From: Planctomycetota bacterium
Lineage (GTDB): Bacteria; Planctomycetota; PUPC01; JACPCR01
DNA: 64,000 nt
Reading direction: 5' to 3'
Assembly: GCA_027625095.1 (NCBI GenBank)
Contig: JAQBXN010000005.1
Location: 22,959 to 86,958, forward strand
The position numbers were made by a program, and so were the translations under genes. Under the pieces are notes generated by a model. The model was not told the DNA's origin. It did no database searches and saw only the letters and a program-made list of their open reading frames with translations. Position 1 is the stretch's first letter; every line of letters starts with the position of its first letter. Shown here one piece after another: positions 9,770 to 18,137 of the stretch.

Positions 9770-10465
9770 CTACCCGGGGAACTCGATTCTTACCTCATCA
9801 AGCATGAGGTAACCCTCTGGAAGCCGACCACGCCAGACAGGATAATCCTTCTCAGGTCTCAGGATGTGCGGGTCACCTTCGATTGGCCCCATGGGTACCA
9901 CATCCAGCGGATAGAGCACAAACAGGATATTCGCATTGGCATCGCCCATAACGGTGGCCAACGGCGTGTGGCCATAGAAATCGGCACGGTCGTGACGACT
10001 TCCGAGACAGGTCCATTGTGTTTCGTCCGGCACACAGACCACAGTCTGGTTGGTCCACTCTTCGGTAACTGCGAACGCCTGCCCTGTGAGAATCCACCCG
10101 GTGCAAATGCCATTATGCACTCCCTGACAGAGCAAATGCAGTTGAGTGCCATGCTCCAACAATTCTCCCTTCAGGCGGAGCGTGATTCGTGCATGGGTAA
10201 AGTCAGTTCCAAATCCACCGGCGATATAACGATTCGTCCCTGCGATTTCTCTCTGGTGTTCGCCCGCAGTACCACTTGTAAGCAGAATATAGGGCAAATG
10301 CATGTAACCGGCCCCGGGCGGGGCATGGTTGTAGTCAATCCACCAGGGACTACGCGAGATGGCGCAACTGTCACTGATATCCAGCGCCTTTGGCCCCTGT
10401 GAATTACTGATCCAGCCAGTCCATCCTCCGGGTCCGTTATCAAAGTTTTCGAGATATGTCTTCAT
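9770..10465 (-). CDS. Hypothetical protein (no signal peptide, no recognisable family)
   Basis: 231-aa ORF, co-directional and tightly spaced (41-42 nt) between the two large paralogs. The composition is protein-like. The overlapping 258-aa plus-strand ORF (9626..10402) looks like a shadow ORF. Confidence 0.5.
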   Translation of the reverse strand: MKTYLENFDNGPGGWTGWISNSQGPKALDISDSCAISRSPWWIDYNHAPPGAGYMHLPYILLTSGTAGEHQREIAGTNRYIAGGFGTDFTHARITLRLKGELLEHGTQLHLLCQGVHNGICTGWILTGQAFAVTEEWTNQTVVCVPDETQWTCLGSRHDRADFYGHTPLATVMGDANANILFVLYPLDVVPMGPIEGDPHILRPEKDYPVWRGRLPEGYLMLDEVRIEFPG

Positions 10466-10506
10466 ATTTCAGCCCTCTCTGTTTCTGCTGAATGACAGCT
10501 TTCAAT

Positions 10507-13161
10507 TTAATTGCCCTGAATTCGTAACAGCTTTATCTCACCGGGACTCAAACCGATATTGAAACTCAGAAGACTGCCTGCACCCACGGCAGCTTTTCCA
10601 CCAACCAGACCACTATGGAGAGCGATATTTTCTCTAGTGCCTTCCTGTGAACTGCAGACCATCACGCTGTAATCCCCCTGCGGTAAAGGCAAACCAACAA
10701 GGGGCTGGGCACTGATAAGACGCTCCATGTTCCCCAGATAGAGAAGGTATTCCTTATCACTCAGCTTACGTGCCCAGTAGCGAACGTCGGCCCCGTTGGG
10801 GTTGAAGCTGTTCGCTGAATTCAGCAGCCGCCGAATCAGAACCAAATTCTCACCCTTCACCGTTCTTGATGACCAGTCTTTCATGAGGTCACTCTCGACG
10901 TGGGTTACATTCTTGTGGCCCACCAACGATGTCAGAAGAGGTTCTGGATGGTTCTGGCCATACTCGTCAGTGGGAGCAAGGAGATCGTAAATCAGTAATT
11001 TCGTGCCGGCTTCCACGGCAACCCTGATGGCTTCAAATGTCGCTTTGGGCATCGAGTAGCTGAAGGGCAGTATCAGCAATTTATATCTTCCGATTTCCTT
11101 AAGCGTCTCAGGTCGCTCTGAATACCGAACGTCATATTGAACTCCATTCGGCTTCAGTAGCTGCTCTATATATTGATTCGAATACATCCCCCGAAATCGT
11201 TCGTACTGATAATGCCGCACACGGGCGTCCGGTGTGAAGGTCTTGCGGGTCTTACTCCAGACAACGGCAAGGTCTTTAGGATCCATAAAGAGAAGATTCG
11301 AATCCTTTGAATTGATGTAGTCCAGAATTTTCGTATCCGCAGACACCTGCCACCAGTCCTCTGAGGCTCTGGAAATGATGACGCAAGTTTCTGCGGCGCT
11401 CTTGCTCTCGCACAACCCCCACTGCTCCAGCAGACGTGCCATCTTGCAAGTCTTAGTCACCGTCTGCCAATAGGGCTCCATGTAGTTAAGGCGATACATA
11501 TTGATTTTCGTGCAACCATTCATCAACAGTTCCATGAAGTAGTCTTGAAAGATGATTGGGAAATCTGTTGCGCCACTCGTACCAAGCGTCTGAATGCTGC
11601 CGAAACGCACTTTGTCTGGAAAGGCTGCCTCGGCCCGTTTGGGATCGCCACTGTAGACCTGTACTCCCGTGAAATTTTCCTGCGCGCCCATAATGTCCGC
11701 GGCAACACCATGTTCCATTCGGGTGTTTGACGGAAAGTACAGATTCGGGCAGCAGAGCAATTCGAGGTCGGGTTTCTTCTCCTTCAGTTTTCCAGCGATC
11801 TCGTTGAACATCTTTGCCAGCCGCGTGTACTCAAAGGTCTTCCACTTGCGGTAATGTTCGTTATCCGCCGCTTTACCGGGCAGGTTGTCATAACCAAAGT
11901 CAGCTTTGAAACGATTGGTGCAATCGGGGCAGTCAGTTTTCGGTAAATAGTGCCCTTTGTAATAGTACTCATCAGGTAACACGTAGACCCCATCGATGCC
12001 CCGGTCGACCACCTCACTTAAGAGAGCAAGCCAGTTACTTTGGAAATGATCGTCGGAAATAATGCATGGATACCGAACCTTGTATTTGTCTTCCAGACCC
12101 TTTGTAAAAATGAAATCCGACTGCTCATAGGGATAGTCCCACCGGCAGTACGGCATGGGCGCCCGCTGGTCTTTCTTCTGAAGAGGTGCAATCCAGGCGT
12201 GCATGAAGATGTAGCTTTTCAATCCATGTTTATGCAGGGCATCAATGAGCACCTTCATGGGCTCGTTGTCAAGATGCGGCCCGATCTTGCTCTTCCACGG
12301 CAACGTATTTTGGCTGTTGTAGGTTTCCGGAAATATTCGGACGCCCGTGGCATCGATTTCCTGAAGCTGCCGAAGCAGTCTTTGGAAACCAGGGGACTGC
12401 TCAAAATTTTTGAGGTCTTCCCTGCCGTAGACCATCCCCGCCATCCACAGATCAATGCAGGGTGTGATTTCGATTTTCTTCGGCCCTGACGCCGGCAATG
12501 GTAACTGAGGGCCGAGCGCTATTTGGCTACGAGCTGTCTCCGGCTTCGGAGACGGCGGGCTCGCTACTTTTTTGTCTGTGTAGATTTCAATTTCGTAATA
12601 CTGGGGATAGCTCCGCCGATAAGGTGGCTGCCCGTCCAGAGCAACAAATCGAAGACTTCGAATCGATTGTTTTACCGGAACCGTTATCCATTCTTCTTGC
12701 TGGTTCGGTTGCTCTGGGAAATTGAGTTTCGCAATTTGCTTGTCGAATTTGTCCGCCGATTCCCCCCCGGCGTTGATCTCGAGGACAGAGGCGCCCTCCA
12801 GGACGAATCGGACCTCGGTGACGTGAATCGCATCGCCAAAATGAAATTCAACCGTGCCCCCGATCTCCGGCCCCGAAGCGCCACGTGCACCCGTTTTTGG
12901 ATCGCCATCCGCCAGGCTGCGCAGCTCCGAATCCGTCAGATAAGGGACAGCGTTCACATCAGCGAGATTCAGCCAATCAAGCTTGTATTGGCGGGACCAC
13001 GCTTCTCTTTCAGCGTGCACAAGTCCCCCTCCACCCCATACCAGACAAACAAAAGATAGGCCGATAACCGCATGTAATTTCATAAGACGATGCCTGAAGA
13101 GCCTGGAAGCTGAAACTTTCGAAGGCGCTACATATTCGGTTCGGACAATATTCACGAACAT
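10507..13161 (-). CDS. Exported discoidin-like domain + GH-like TIM barrel protein (paralog of 5909..9727)
   Basis: 884-aa ORF. The likely true start is ATG 13083 (MKLHAVIGLSFVCLVWGGGGLVHA signal peptide). Discoidin-like block: VEFHFGDAIHVTEVRFV...YPQYYEIEIYTD. Shared motifs: DLWMAG, RGIDGVYVLPDEYYY, SRASEDWW, YKLLILPFSYS. Confidence 0.6.
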   Translation of the reverse strand: MFVNIVRTEYVAPSKVSASRLFRHRLMKLHAVIGLSFVCLVWGGGGLVHAEREAWSRQYKLDWLNLADVNAVPYLTDSELRSLADGDPKTGARGASGPEIGGTVEFHFGDAIHVTEVRFVLEGASVLEINAGGESADKFDKQIAKLNFPEQPNQQEEWITVPVKQSIRSLRFVALDGQPPYRRSYPQYYEIEIYTDKKVASPPSPKPETARSQIALGPQLPLPASGPKKIEITPCIDLWMAGMVYGREDLKNFEQSPGFQRLLRQLQEIDATGVRIFPETYNSQNTLPWKSKIGPHLDNEPMKVLIDALHKHGLKSYIFMHAWIAPLQKKDQRAPMPYCRWDYPYEQSDFIFTKGLEDKYKVRYPCIISDDHFQSNWLALLSEVVDRGIDGVYVLPDEYYYKGHYLPKTDCPDCTNRFKADFGYDNLPGKAADNEHYRKWKTFEYTRLAKMFNEIAGKLKEKKPDLELLCCPNLYFPSNTRMEHGVAADIMGAQENFTGVQVYSGDPKRAEAAFPDKVRFGSIQTLGTSGATDFPIIFQDYFMELLMNGCTKINMYRLNYMEPYWQTVTKTCKMARLLEQWGLCESKSAAETCVIISRASEDWWQVSADTKILDYINSKDSNLLFMDPKDLAVVWSKTRKTFTPDARVRHYQYERFRGMYSNQYIEQLLKPNGVQYDVRYSERPETLKEIGRYKLLILPFSYSMPKATFEAIRVAVEAGTKLLIYDLLAPTDEYGQNHPEPLLTSLVGHKNVTHVESDLMKDWSSRTVKGENLVLIRRLLNSANSFNPNGADVRYWARKLSDKEYLLYLGNMERLISAQPLVGLPLPQGDYSVMVCSSQEGTRENIALHSGLVGGKAAVGAGSLLSFNIGLSPGEIKLLRIQGN

Positions 13162-13172
13162 GTGTACTCAGT

Positions 13173-15095
13173 TTACTGGCCGAGTTTTTGAGCAAGCGCA
13201 GCCAGACCCTTAAAGAAATAGAGCAGTGTAAGAGAGGCGATGATGAAGACGCCGACCACCGCGAAGTAGAAGAATGTGCTTCGCCCTTTGAATGACTTTG
13301 TCCAGGCCTCGACCAGTTGAGGGTCTTCGTTGCGAAGCTCGAACATCTGGGCTGATTCTCCTTCCAGGCCGGCGACAGGCGAAAGAGCGGTGACCTTTCC
13401 GAAGTAAATTGGTTTGCCTGCAGCATGACAGTCCGTGCAGCCATTTACACCGAGCGATTGCGCTCCCGGCCGGACATCGTGAGCGAAGGCCCAGGTATAA
13501 GGCGCCGCAGCGGAATGGTCTGAGCTCACAAGAGTTTCATTGCCCGCTCTGTGAACTTTGCCAGCCGTAACATAGACCACTTCACCCTTCTCAACACTTT
13601 TCTGAAGCTTGCTGATGATTTGCGAAATCTGCTTCTGATCGGGGAGAGTGGCCTCCTCCTTCATGGACTTTTTTTCTTTCACGATGCCCTGGCCAGCATC
13701 TCTTACGTCCTCAACCGCAATTGGCTTCAGCACGTCTCCGTCGAGAGTTCCGAAGTAGGCGGGCCAGATCATTCGGTGCGGAGTAATTTTCTCGGATTCA
13801 TCTCTAAGAAATGCGGTGCCGGCGATGAGCGGCAGAGCCTGCCGATACCGGGTGGCTATACCAAGCTGGTGGGCCATCGAAGTTTTGAATCCGCCAGCAA
13901 TATGGCCAGGCCATGGCCCGGCATGACACGAGGTGCAGGACATCTTTTCAAGATGCAGAGTGGGCAGCCCTTTATGTTCGGGCCGCGGTGCGGCAAAGCG
14001 CCCGCCCAGGCCCAGGCCCTCTCTGGCTTCGGATTCGCCGAGATGGCATCCCTGGCATGAGAGTGCAGCGGGGGTGGCCGGGTCTCCTTCTATTCCTCGA
14101 TTAATCGCGTGGTCGAGCCCATTGCGATGACAATCGACACATTTCAGACCTGCGGCAATGTGGACGTCCGTATCCGTCTGCCAGTGCGTCTCCTCATGGC
14201 CGGTGCTGATAGCTGTATGGCAAAAGTAACATCGATCATTTGGCGGCGACTTGGTGACATTGAAGAAGAAGCGATCGTTCGCATCGAATTTAGTCTTGTC
14301 ATAGATGACCTGTGGAGGCTTCTGGTCCGGAAAATCAGGATTGGGGCCGGCGAAGGGGTCGTAATCCTCCGGCAGTAATTTTGCCTCGCCCCGCACCATG
14401 GCAAAGTCTGTCGCAGCGGTGGGTGCCCATTTAAAATTCTGTTTTGCAATTTGAACGCCCCATTCCACCGGGTCGTGTCGCTGGTCGGCAGAATGGCAGA
14501 GGAGGCAATCGACTTCCAGGTTGCCGGCGATCATCCAACGAGCGAGGAGATCTTCCTTATCCTTGTCACGCCTCTCCCCCACCCCGCTGCCAGGCATGTG
14601 CCTGCCGAATTCCTGAATGAACTTCCAGTATGTCAGCCCGACGTCTTCCGGCCGGAATGTGTTTTTCCAGCCGCGGTAACTTAATGGAATTTGAGTCCCT
14701 GTCGGTTCATCGACCAGAATCCACGGCTCGCCTGGCCTGCCGTGGTTCACGTCTTTGTCAGCAGCGTTGAAGTGCCAGCCTTTGTGGATCAGACCATAGG
14801 GATGGCATTTGCCGCAAGTATGGGATGGAGAGTAAGGCGGCGCCTTTTGATCTGATGGAGAGATGGCCGTGCCGCCCTCATCGTAAAGAGTAATGCGATG
14901 AACGAACCGAGAGCGGCTGTCAGTTTTTAGAAATTCGACCTCTGAATGCGCTGAGGTCAGGAGCAGGAGACAGAGGCCGGACAGGAGTGACTGAGTAATG
15001 GAGTGATGGAGTGAAGGGCTGGAATTTCGATGATTCCCAGGCCCGTCAGCGGATACCCGATCCTCTTTTCCTGCTACACATTCCTCCGCCATCAC
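13173..15095 (-). CDS. Membrane-anchored heptahaem c-type cytochrome
   Basis: 640 aa. Seven CXXCH motifs: CGKCH, CLLCH, CYFCH, CVDCH, CQGCH, CTSCH, CTDCH. Hydrophobic signal-like N-terminus (LLSGLCLLLLTSAHS) and C-terminal TM helix (FFYFAVVGVFIIASLTLLYFF). Its start region (GTG 15093-15095 / ATG 15090-15092) overlaps the stop codon of the upstream gene. Confidence 0.85.
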   Translation of the reverse strand: MMAEECVAGKEDRVSADGPGNHRNSSPSLHHSITQSLLSGLCLLLLTSAHSEVEFLKTDSRSRFVHRITLYDEGGTAISPSDQKAPPYSPSHTCGKCHPYGLIHKGWHFNAADKDVNHGRPGEPWILVDEPTGTQIPLSYRGWKNTFRPEDVGLTYWKFIQEFGRHMPGSGVGERRDKDKEDLLARWMIAGNLEVDCLLCHSADQRHDPVEWGVQIAKQNFKWAPTAATDFAMVRGEAKLLPEDYDPFAGPNPDFPDQKPPQVIYDKTKFDANDRFFFNVTKSPPNDRCYFCHTAISTGHEETHWQTDTDVHIAAGLKCVDCHRNGLDHAINRGIEGDPATPAALSCQGCHLGESEAREGLGLGGRFAAPRPEHKGLPTLHLEKMSCTSCHAGPWPGHIAGGFKTSMAHQLGIATRYRQALPLIAGTAFLRDESEKITPHRMIWPAYFGTLDGDVLKPIAVEDVRDAGQGIVKEKKSMKEEATLPDQKQISQIISKLQKSVEKGEVVYVTAGKVHRAGNETLVSSDHSAAAPYTWAFAHDVRPGAQSLGVNGCTDCHAAGKPIYFGKVTALSPVAGLEGESAQMFELRNEDPQLVEAWTKSFKGRSTFFYFAVVGVFIIASLTLLYFFKGLAALAQKLGQ

Positions 15096-16531
15096 ACTTT
15101 GAATTCCTCTGGTTTGAAGAAGTATTTCTGCTGTTCTTCTACCGCTTCATTGACACGCAGCACTGAGACAGCCGTCTCAAAGCCGACCTCTGCCGGACAG
15201 GAGAGCGGGGTACCGTTACGGACGGCGCTGAAGAAGTTTTCCAGGTGGAGCTGGTGTGGCTTCTTTTGGCTTTCGGCAAGAAGTTGCTGACCTTTCGGAT
15301 CCTTCTTGCCATCCGGAGTGAGGGTCTCGCCGATTTTCAATTCGAAAGCCTTCTTATCCATTTTGTCGAAGGTTTCTGACTGCTCTTCCCACTCGCGACT
15401 TTTTGCACCTACTTCTTTGAAGAAGAATCCCTTACGGGTATCTTCAGAAATAACCATCGAGCCCTGGTCGCCCATGAAGGTCTCATAAAAACCGCCATGA
15501 CTGGTGGTGTTCAGAACCTGGTAGGCGCCGCGGACCATACCGTATTCTTTTTCGTATTCGTAGATGGCCAGGATGTTGTCATACCACTCGCTCTTCTTGT
15601 AGTAGTCGGTACCACCGGAGGCCAGGACGGCTTTCGGATTGGCTTCAAGAAACCAACTGAAGACATCCACCTGGTGCGAGCCGAGGTCGGCGATAGGGCC
15701 GCCGGAAAACTTCCGATACCACCGCCAGTTGCGGAAGCGATCCATGGTGTCATAGCCAAATTTCTTCAACGTTTCCTCGTCAAGTGGCTCGTCCTTCGGC
15801 CAGCCGAACTCCAGCCGTTTGGCACGATTCCACTGGCCACTGAAGTGATTCATCTGACCGAGGACCTTGTCTTTTGTGATCAGCTTGATGGCATGGTGAT
15901 AGCGGATGTTGCTGCGCCGCTGGTGTCCAATCTGGAGAAGTTTGCCGGATTCTCTGGCCGCCACGACCATTGATTTGGCCCCCTCAATGGTGTTCGACAT
16001 TTCCTTCTCACAGTAGACGTGAAGTCCAGCCTTCAGGCAGGCGATGGTATGTTCCGCATGCAGCCAGTCCGGTGTGGCGACGATGACAGCATCCAGGTCC
16101 TTCTCCTGGGCCAGCATCTCGCGATAGTCGCTGTAGACATTGACGGAGTGCTTGTATGCCTTGAGATAGTTCTTTGCGTAATTCTGATGGTATGGCCAGA
16201 TGTCACAGAGGGCCTTGTATCGGATGCCAGGCGTCTTGACGCTGTTAAGAATGAGGTTACGTCCCTGGCTGCCTGGGCCGATGATGGCGAGGTTGATGTC
16301 GTCGGGAGTCGCTTCCTCAGCAGTGGCCGTCATCGAAGCAAGAAGCGCGCTGGCGCTGGCGGCCATCGATGTGTTTTGGACAAATTCACGACGCGTCAAC
16401 TCTTGAGGATCTGGCCCCGGCCTCGGATGTGGTTGTTGGCATCCCTGCTTATCCATAAAGTAGCCTCGTTTACGGTGATTACTGGAGTAGGATCGTTTTC
16501 GTAATTGTGGCGAACCTCTCAGTCGTGGCAA
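15092..16531 (-). CDS. Tat-exported Gfo/Idh/MocA family oxidoreductase
   Basis: Twin-arginine leader TRREFVQNTSMAASASALLASMTATA. Rossmann start INLAIIGPGSQGRN. Typical Gfo/Idh/MocA core: VIVATPDWLHAEH...AGLHVYCEKE. The likely true start is ATG 16456 (MDKQG...) rather than the ORF-track start. Confidence 0.85.
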   Translation of the reverse strand: MPRLRGSPQLRKRSYSSNHRKRGYFMDKQGCQQPHPRPGPDPQELTRREFVQNTSMAASASALLASMTATAEEATPDDINLAIIGPGSQGRNLILNSVKTPGIRYKALCDIWPYHQNYAKNYLKAYKHSVNVYSDYREMLAQEKDLDAVIVATPDWLHAEHTIACLKAGLHVYCEKEMSNTIEGAKSMVVAARESGKLLQIGHQRRSNIRYHHAIKLITKDKVLGQMNHFSGQWNRAKRLEFGWPKDEPLDEETLKKFGYDTMDRFRNWRWYRKFSGGPIADLGSHQVDVFSWFLEANPKAVLASGGTDYYKKSEWYDNILAIYEYEKEYGMVRGAYQVLNTTSHGGFYETFMGDQGSMVISEDTRKGFFFKEVGAKSREWEEQSETFDKMDKKAFELKIGETLTPDGKKDPKGQQLLAESQKKPHQLHLENFFSAVRNGTPLSCPAEVGFETAVSVLRVNEAVEEQQKYFFKPEEFKV

Positions 16532-16574
16532 GTGAGACAGATGAGCAGTCCTTCTTCAATCCCCCAAAATATCC

Positions 16575-17957
16575 ATGGCGAAAATCCTGATTGTCGATGA
16601 TGAATCATCCATTCGACTGTTGTTGAGGGAGATGGTGGCAATTCTTGGACATGAGGCTGCCGAAGCTGAATCCGGCCAGGAAGCACTCCGGATGATTGCG
16701 AACGCAGGTGCCGACATCGTTCTCATGGATTTTCGTATGCCGGGGATGAACGGCATCGAAGCTCTCAAAAGGATTCATAAGAGTAAAGCCCTGCTACCCG
16801 TCATCTTTGTCACAGGAGAAGATGGCGCCAGCACAGCAATAGAGGCCATGCGATTCGGTGCACATGACTTTTTGAAGAAGCCGGTATCCTGTGATGCCGT
16901 CAGAAAAGTAATTGAAAGTGCCATCGAGACCCTGCGACATCAGGTGCGCGTAGAATTCAAAACTTCCATGGAATCCGCGGAACCGAAGGAGAAGATCATC
17001 GGGCGTTCGCCCCAGATGCTCCCAATCTACAAGTTGATCGGGCAAGCAGCCGCTTCGAATGCCACGGTGCTGATAACGGGTGAGAGTGGTACGGGCAAGG
17101 AGCTCGTCGCACGCGCCGTTCACCAGCACAGCGGTCGCTCTGGCTGTCCCTTCGTTGCCGTCAACTGCGCGGCGTTGCTTGAAAACCTGCTTGAGAGCAC
17201 CTTGTTCGGACACGAAAAGGGCTCGTTCACTGGTGCTCATCAGCGTCACATCGGCAAATTCGAACAGGCGGCAGGCGGCACGATATTCCTTGATGAGGTC
17301 AGTGAAATGTCGGTGGCCCTCCAGGCAAAACTACTACGCATCCTTCAGGAAAAAACCTTCGAAAGGGTCGGTGCAGAAGAGACGCTGACGTGCGATGTGC
17401 GTGTGGTCGCTGCTACCAATCGTAATCTCGATGAAGAGGTTGAAAATGGAGGATTTCGTCAAGACCTTTACTACCGCCTCAACGTGGTTCAGATTCGCAT
17501 GCCTCCATTGCGTGAGCGTCGAGAGGACATTCCTTTGCTCGCAGAGTATCTGCTCGAACAGGTGGCCGGCGAACTGGGCCGCAGCGAGATTCCGGTGCTT
17601 TCTCCCGACGCGCTACAAGTCCTGCTGCGAAACAACTGGCCGGGAAATATCCGTGAGTTAAGAAACGAACTGGCACGTGCCCTGGTGACAGCACCGTCCG
17701 GTGTAATTCTTCGTGAGCACCTGAGCGTTGAGCCAGGAACGTCCGGCCAAGCCGATGACGGAACATTCTGGGCCTGTTCCAAAGAACAATTGGATGAGAT
17801 CGGAGAAGGGATCTACGATGCAATGATTCCCGATTTTGAACGCCGACTCATCCAATACGCATTGGACCGAACCGGAGAAAATCAGGTACAGGCGAGTAAG
17901 CTCCTCGGCATCTCACGCACCAAATTGCGGGACAGGATGGCACAGTTTGATTTGTAG
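16575..17957 (+). CDS. Sigma-54-dependent response regulator (NtrC family: REC + AAA+ + Fis-type HTH)
   Basis: N-terminal receiver domain (KILIVDDE...DIVLMDFRMPGMNG). AAA+ domain with GESGTGKE Walker A and GSFTGA (GAFTGA-like) sigma-54 contact loop. C-terminal HTH (QVQASKLLGISRTKLRDRM). No sensor kinase gene adjacent. Confidence 0.9.
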   Translation: MAKILIVDDESSIRLLLREMVAILGHEAAEAESGQEALRMIANAGADIVLMDFRMPGMNGIEALKRIHKSKALLPVIFVTGEDGASTAIEAMRFGAHDFLKKPVSCDAVRKVIESAIETLRHQVRVEFKTSMESAEPKEKIIGRSPQMLPIYKLIGQAAASNATVLITGESGTGKELVARAVHQHSGRSGCPFVAVNCAALLENLLESTLFGHEKGSFTGAHQRHIGKFEQAAGGTIFLDEVSEMSVALQAKLLRILQEKTFERVGAEETLTCDVRVVAATNRNLDEEVENGGFRQDLYYRLNVVQIRMPPLRERREDIPLLAEYLLEQVAGELGRSEIPVLSPDALQVLLRNNWPGNIRELRNELARALVTAPSGVILREHLSVEPGTSGQADDGTFWACSKEQLDEIGEGIYDAMIPDFERRLIQYALDRTGENQVQASKLLGISRTKLRDRMAQFDL

Positions 17958-18122
17958 TCGGCGTGCTGGATGGTTGAGAAACAGTTGTCTGAAGAAAAAC
18001 AGGCAGGTATTTGAGATTCACTGAGTGAGTCAGCGGACAACATTCCTCAACCAATTCTCAAACCGCTAATTCGTAACAACTTAAATATACCTGGGTGACA
18101 AAACGCCTGGGTAATGAAGCTA

Positions 18123-18137
18123 TGGCATCATGCTAGC
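18123..18137 (+). promoter_or_regulatory. Candidate sigma-54 (-24/-12) promoter element
   Basis: TGGCAT-CATGC-TAGC at 18123-18137 matches TGGCAC-N5-TTGC at 8 of 10 positions with correct GG-N10-GC spacing. Caveat: the predicted transcription start would fall only a few nt before ATG 18151. Confidence 0.25.

Noticed and set aside
9626-10402. 258-aa plus-strand ORF overlapping the 231-aa minus-strand gene
   Set aside because: It is Arg-rich with shadow-like composition and runs opposite to the surrounding nine-gene cluster. It also overlaps the 5' end of the 1272-aa gene, so it was treated as a shadow ORF.
16457-16531. N-terminal 25-residue extension of the Tat oxidoreductase (MPRLRGSPQLRKRSYSSNHRKRGYF)
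   Set aside because: It is highly basic and low-complexity and precedes a good internal ATG (16456) from which a normal-length Tat leader follows. It is probably untranslated leader rather than coding sequence.
16457-16574. Sigma-54 promoter for the glycan/redox cluster in the divergent intergenic region
   Set aside because: I looked for TGGCAC-N5-TTGC on the minus strand. Only unspaced fragments (TTGCCACG) are present, and there is no GG-N10-GC match.
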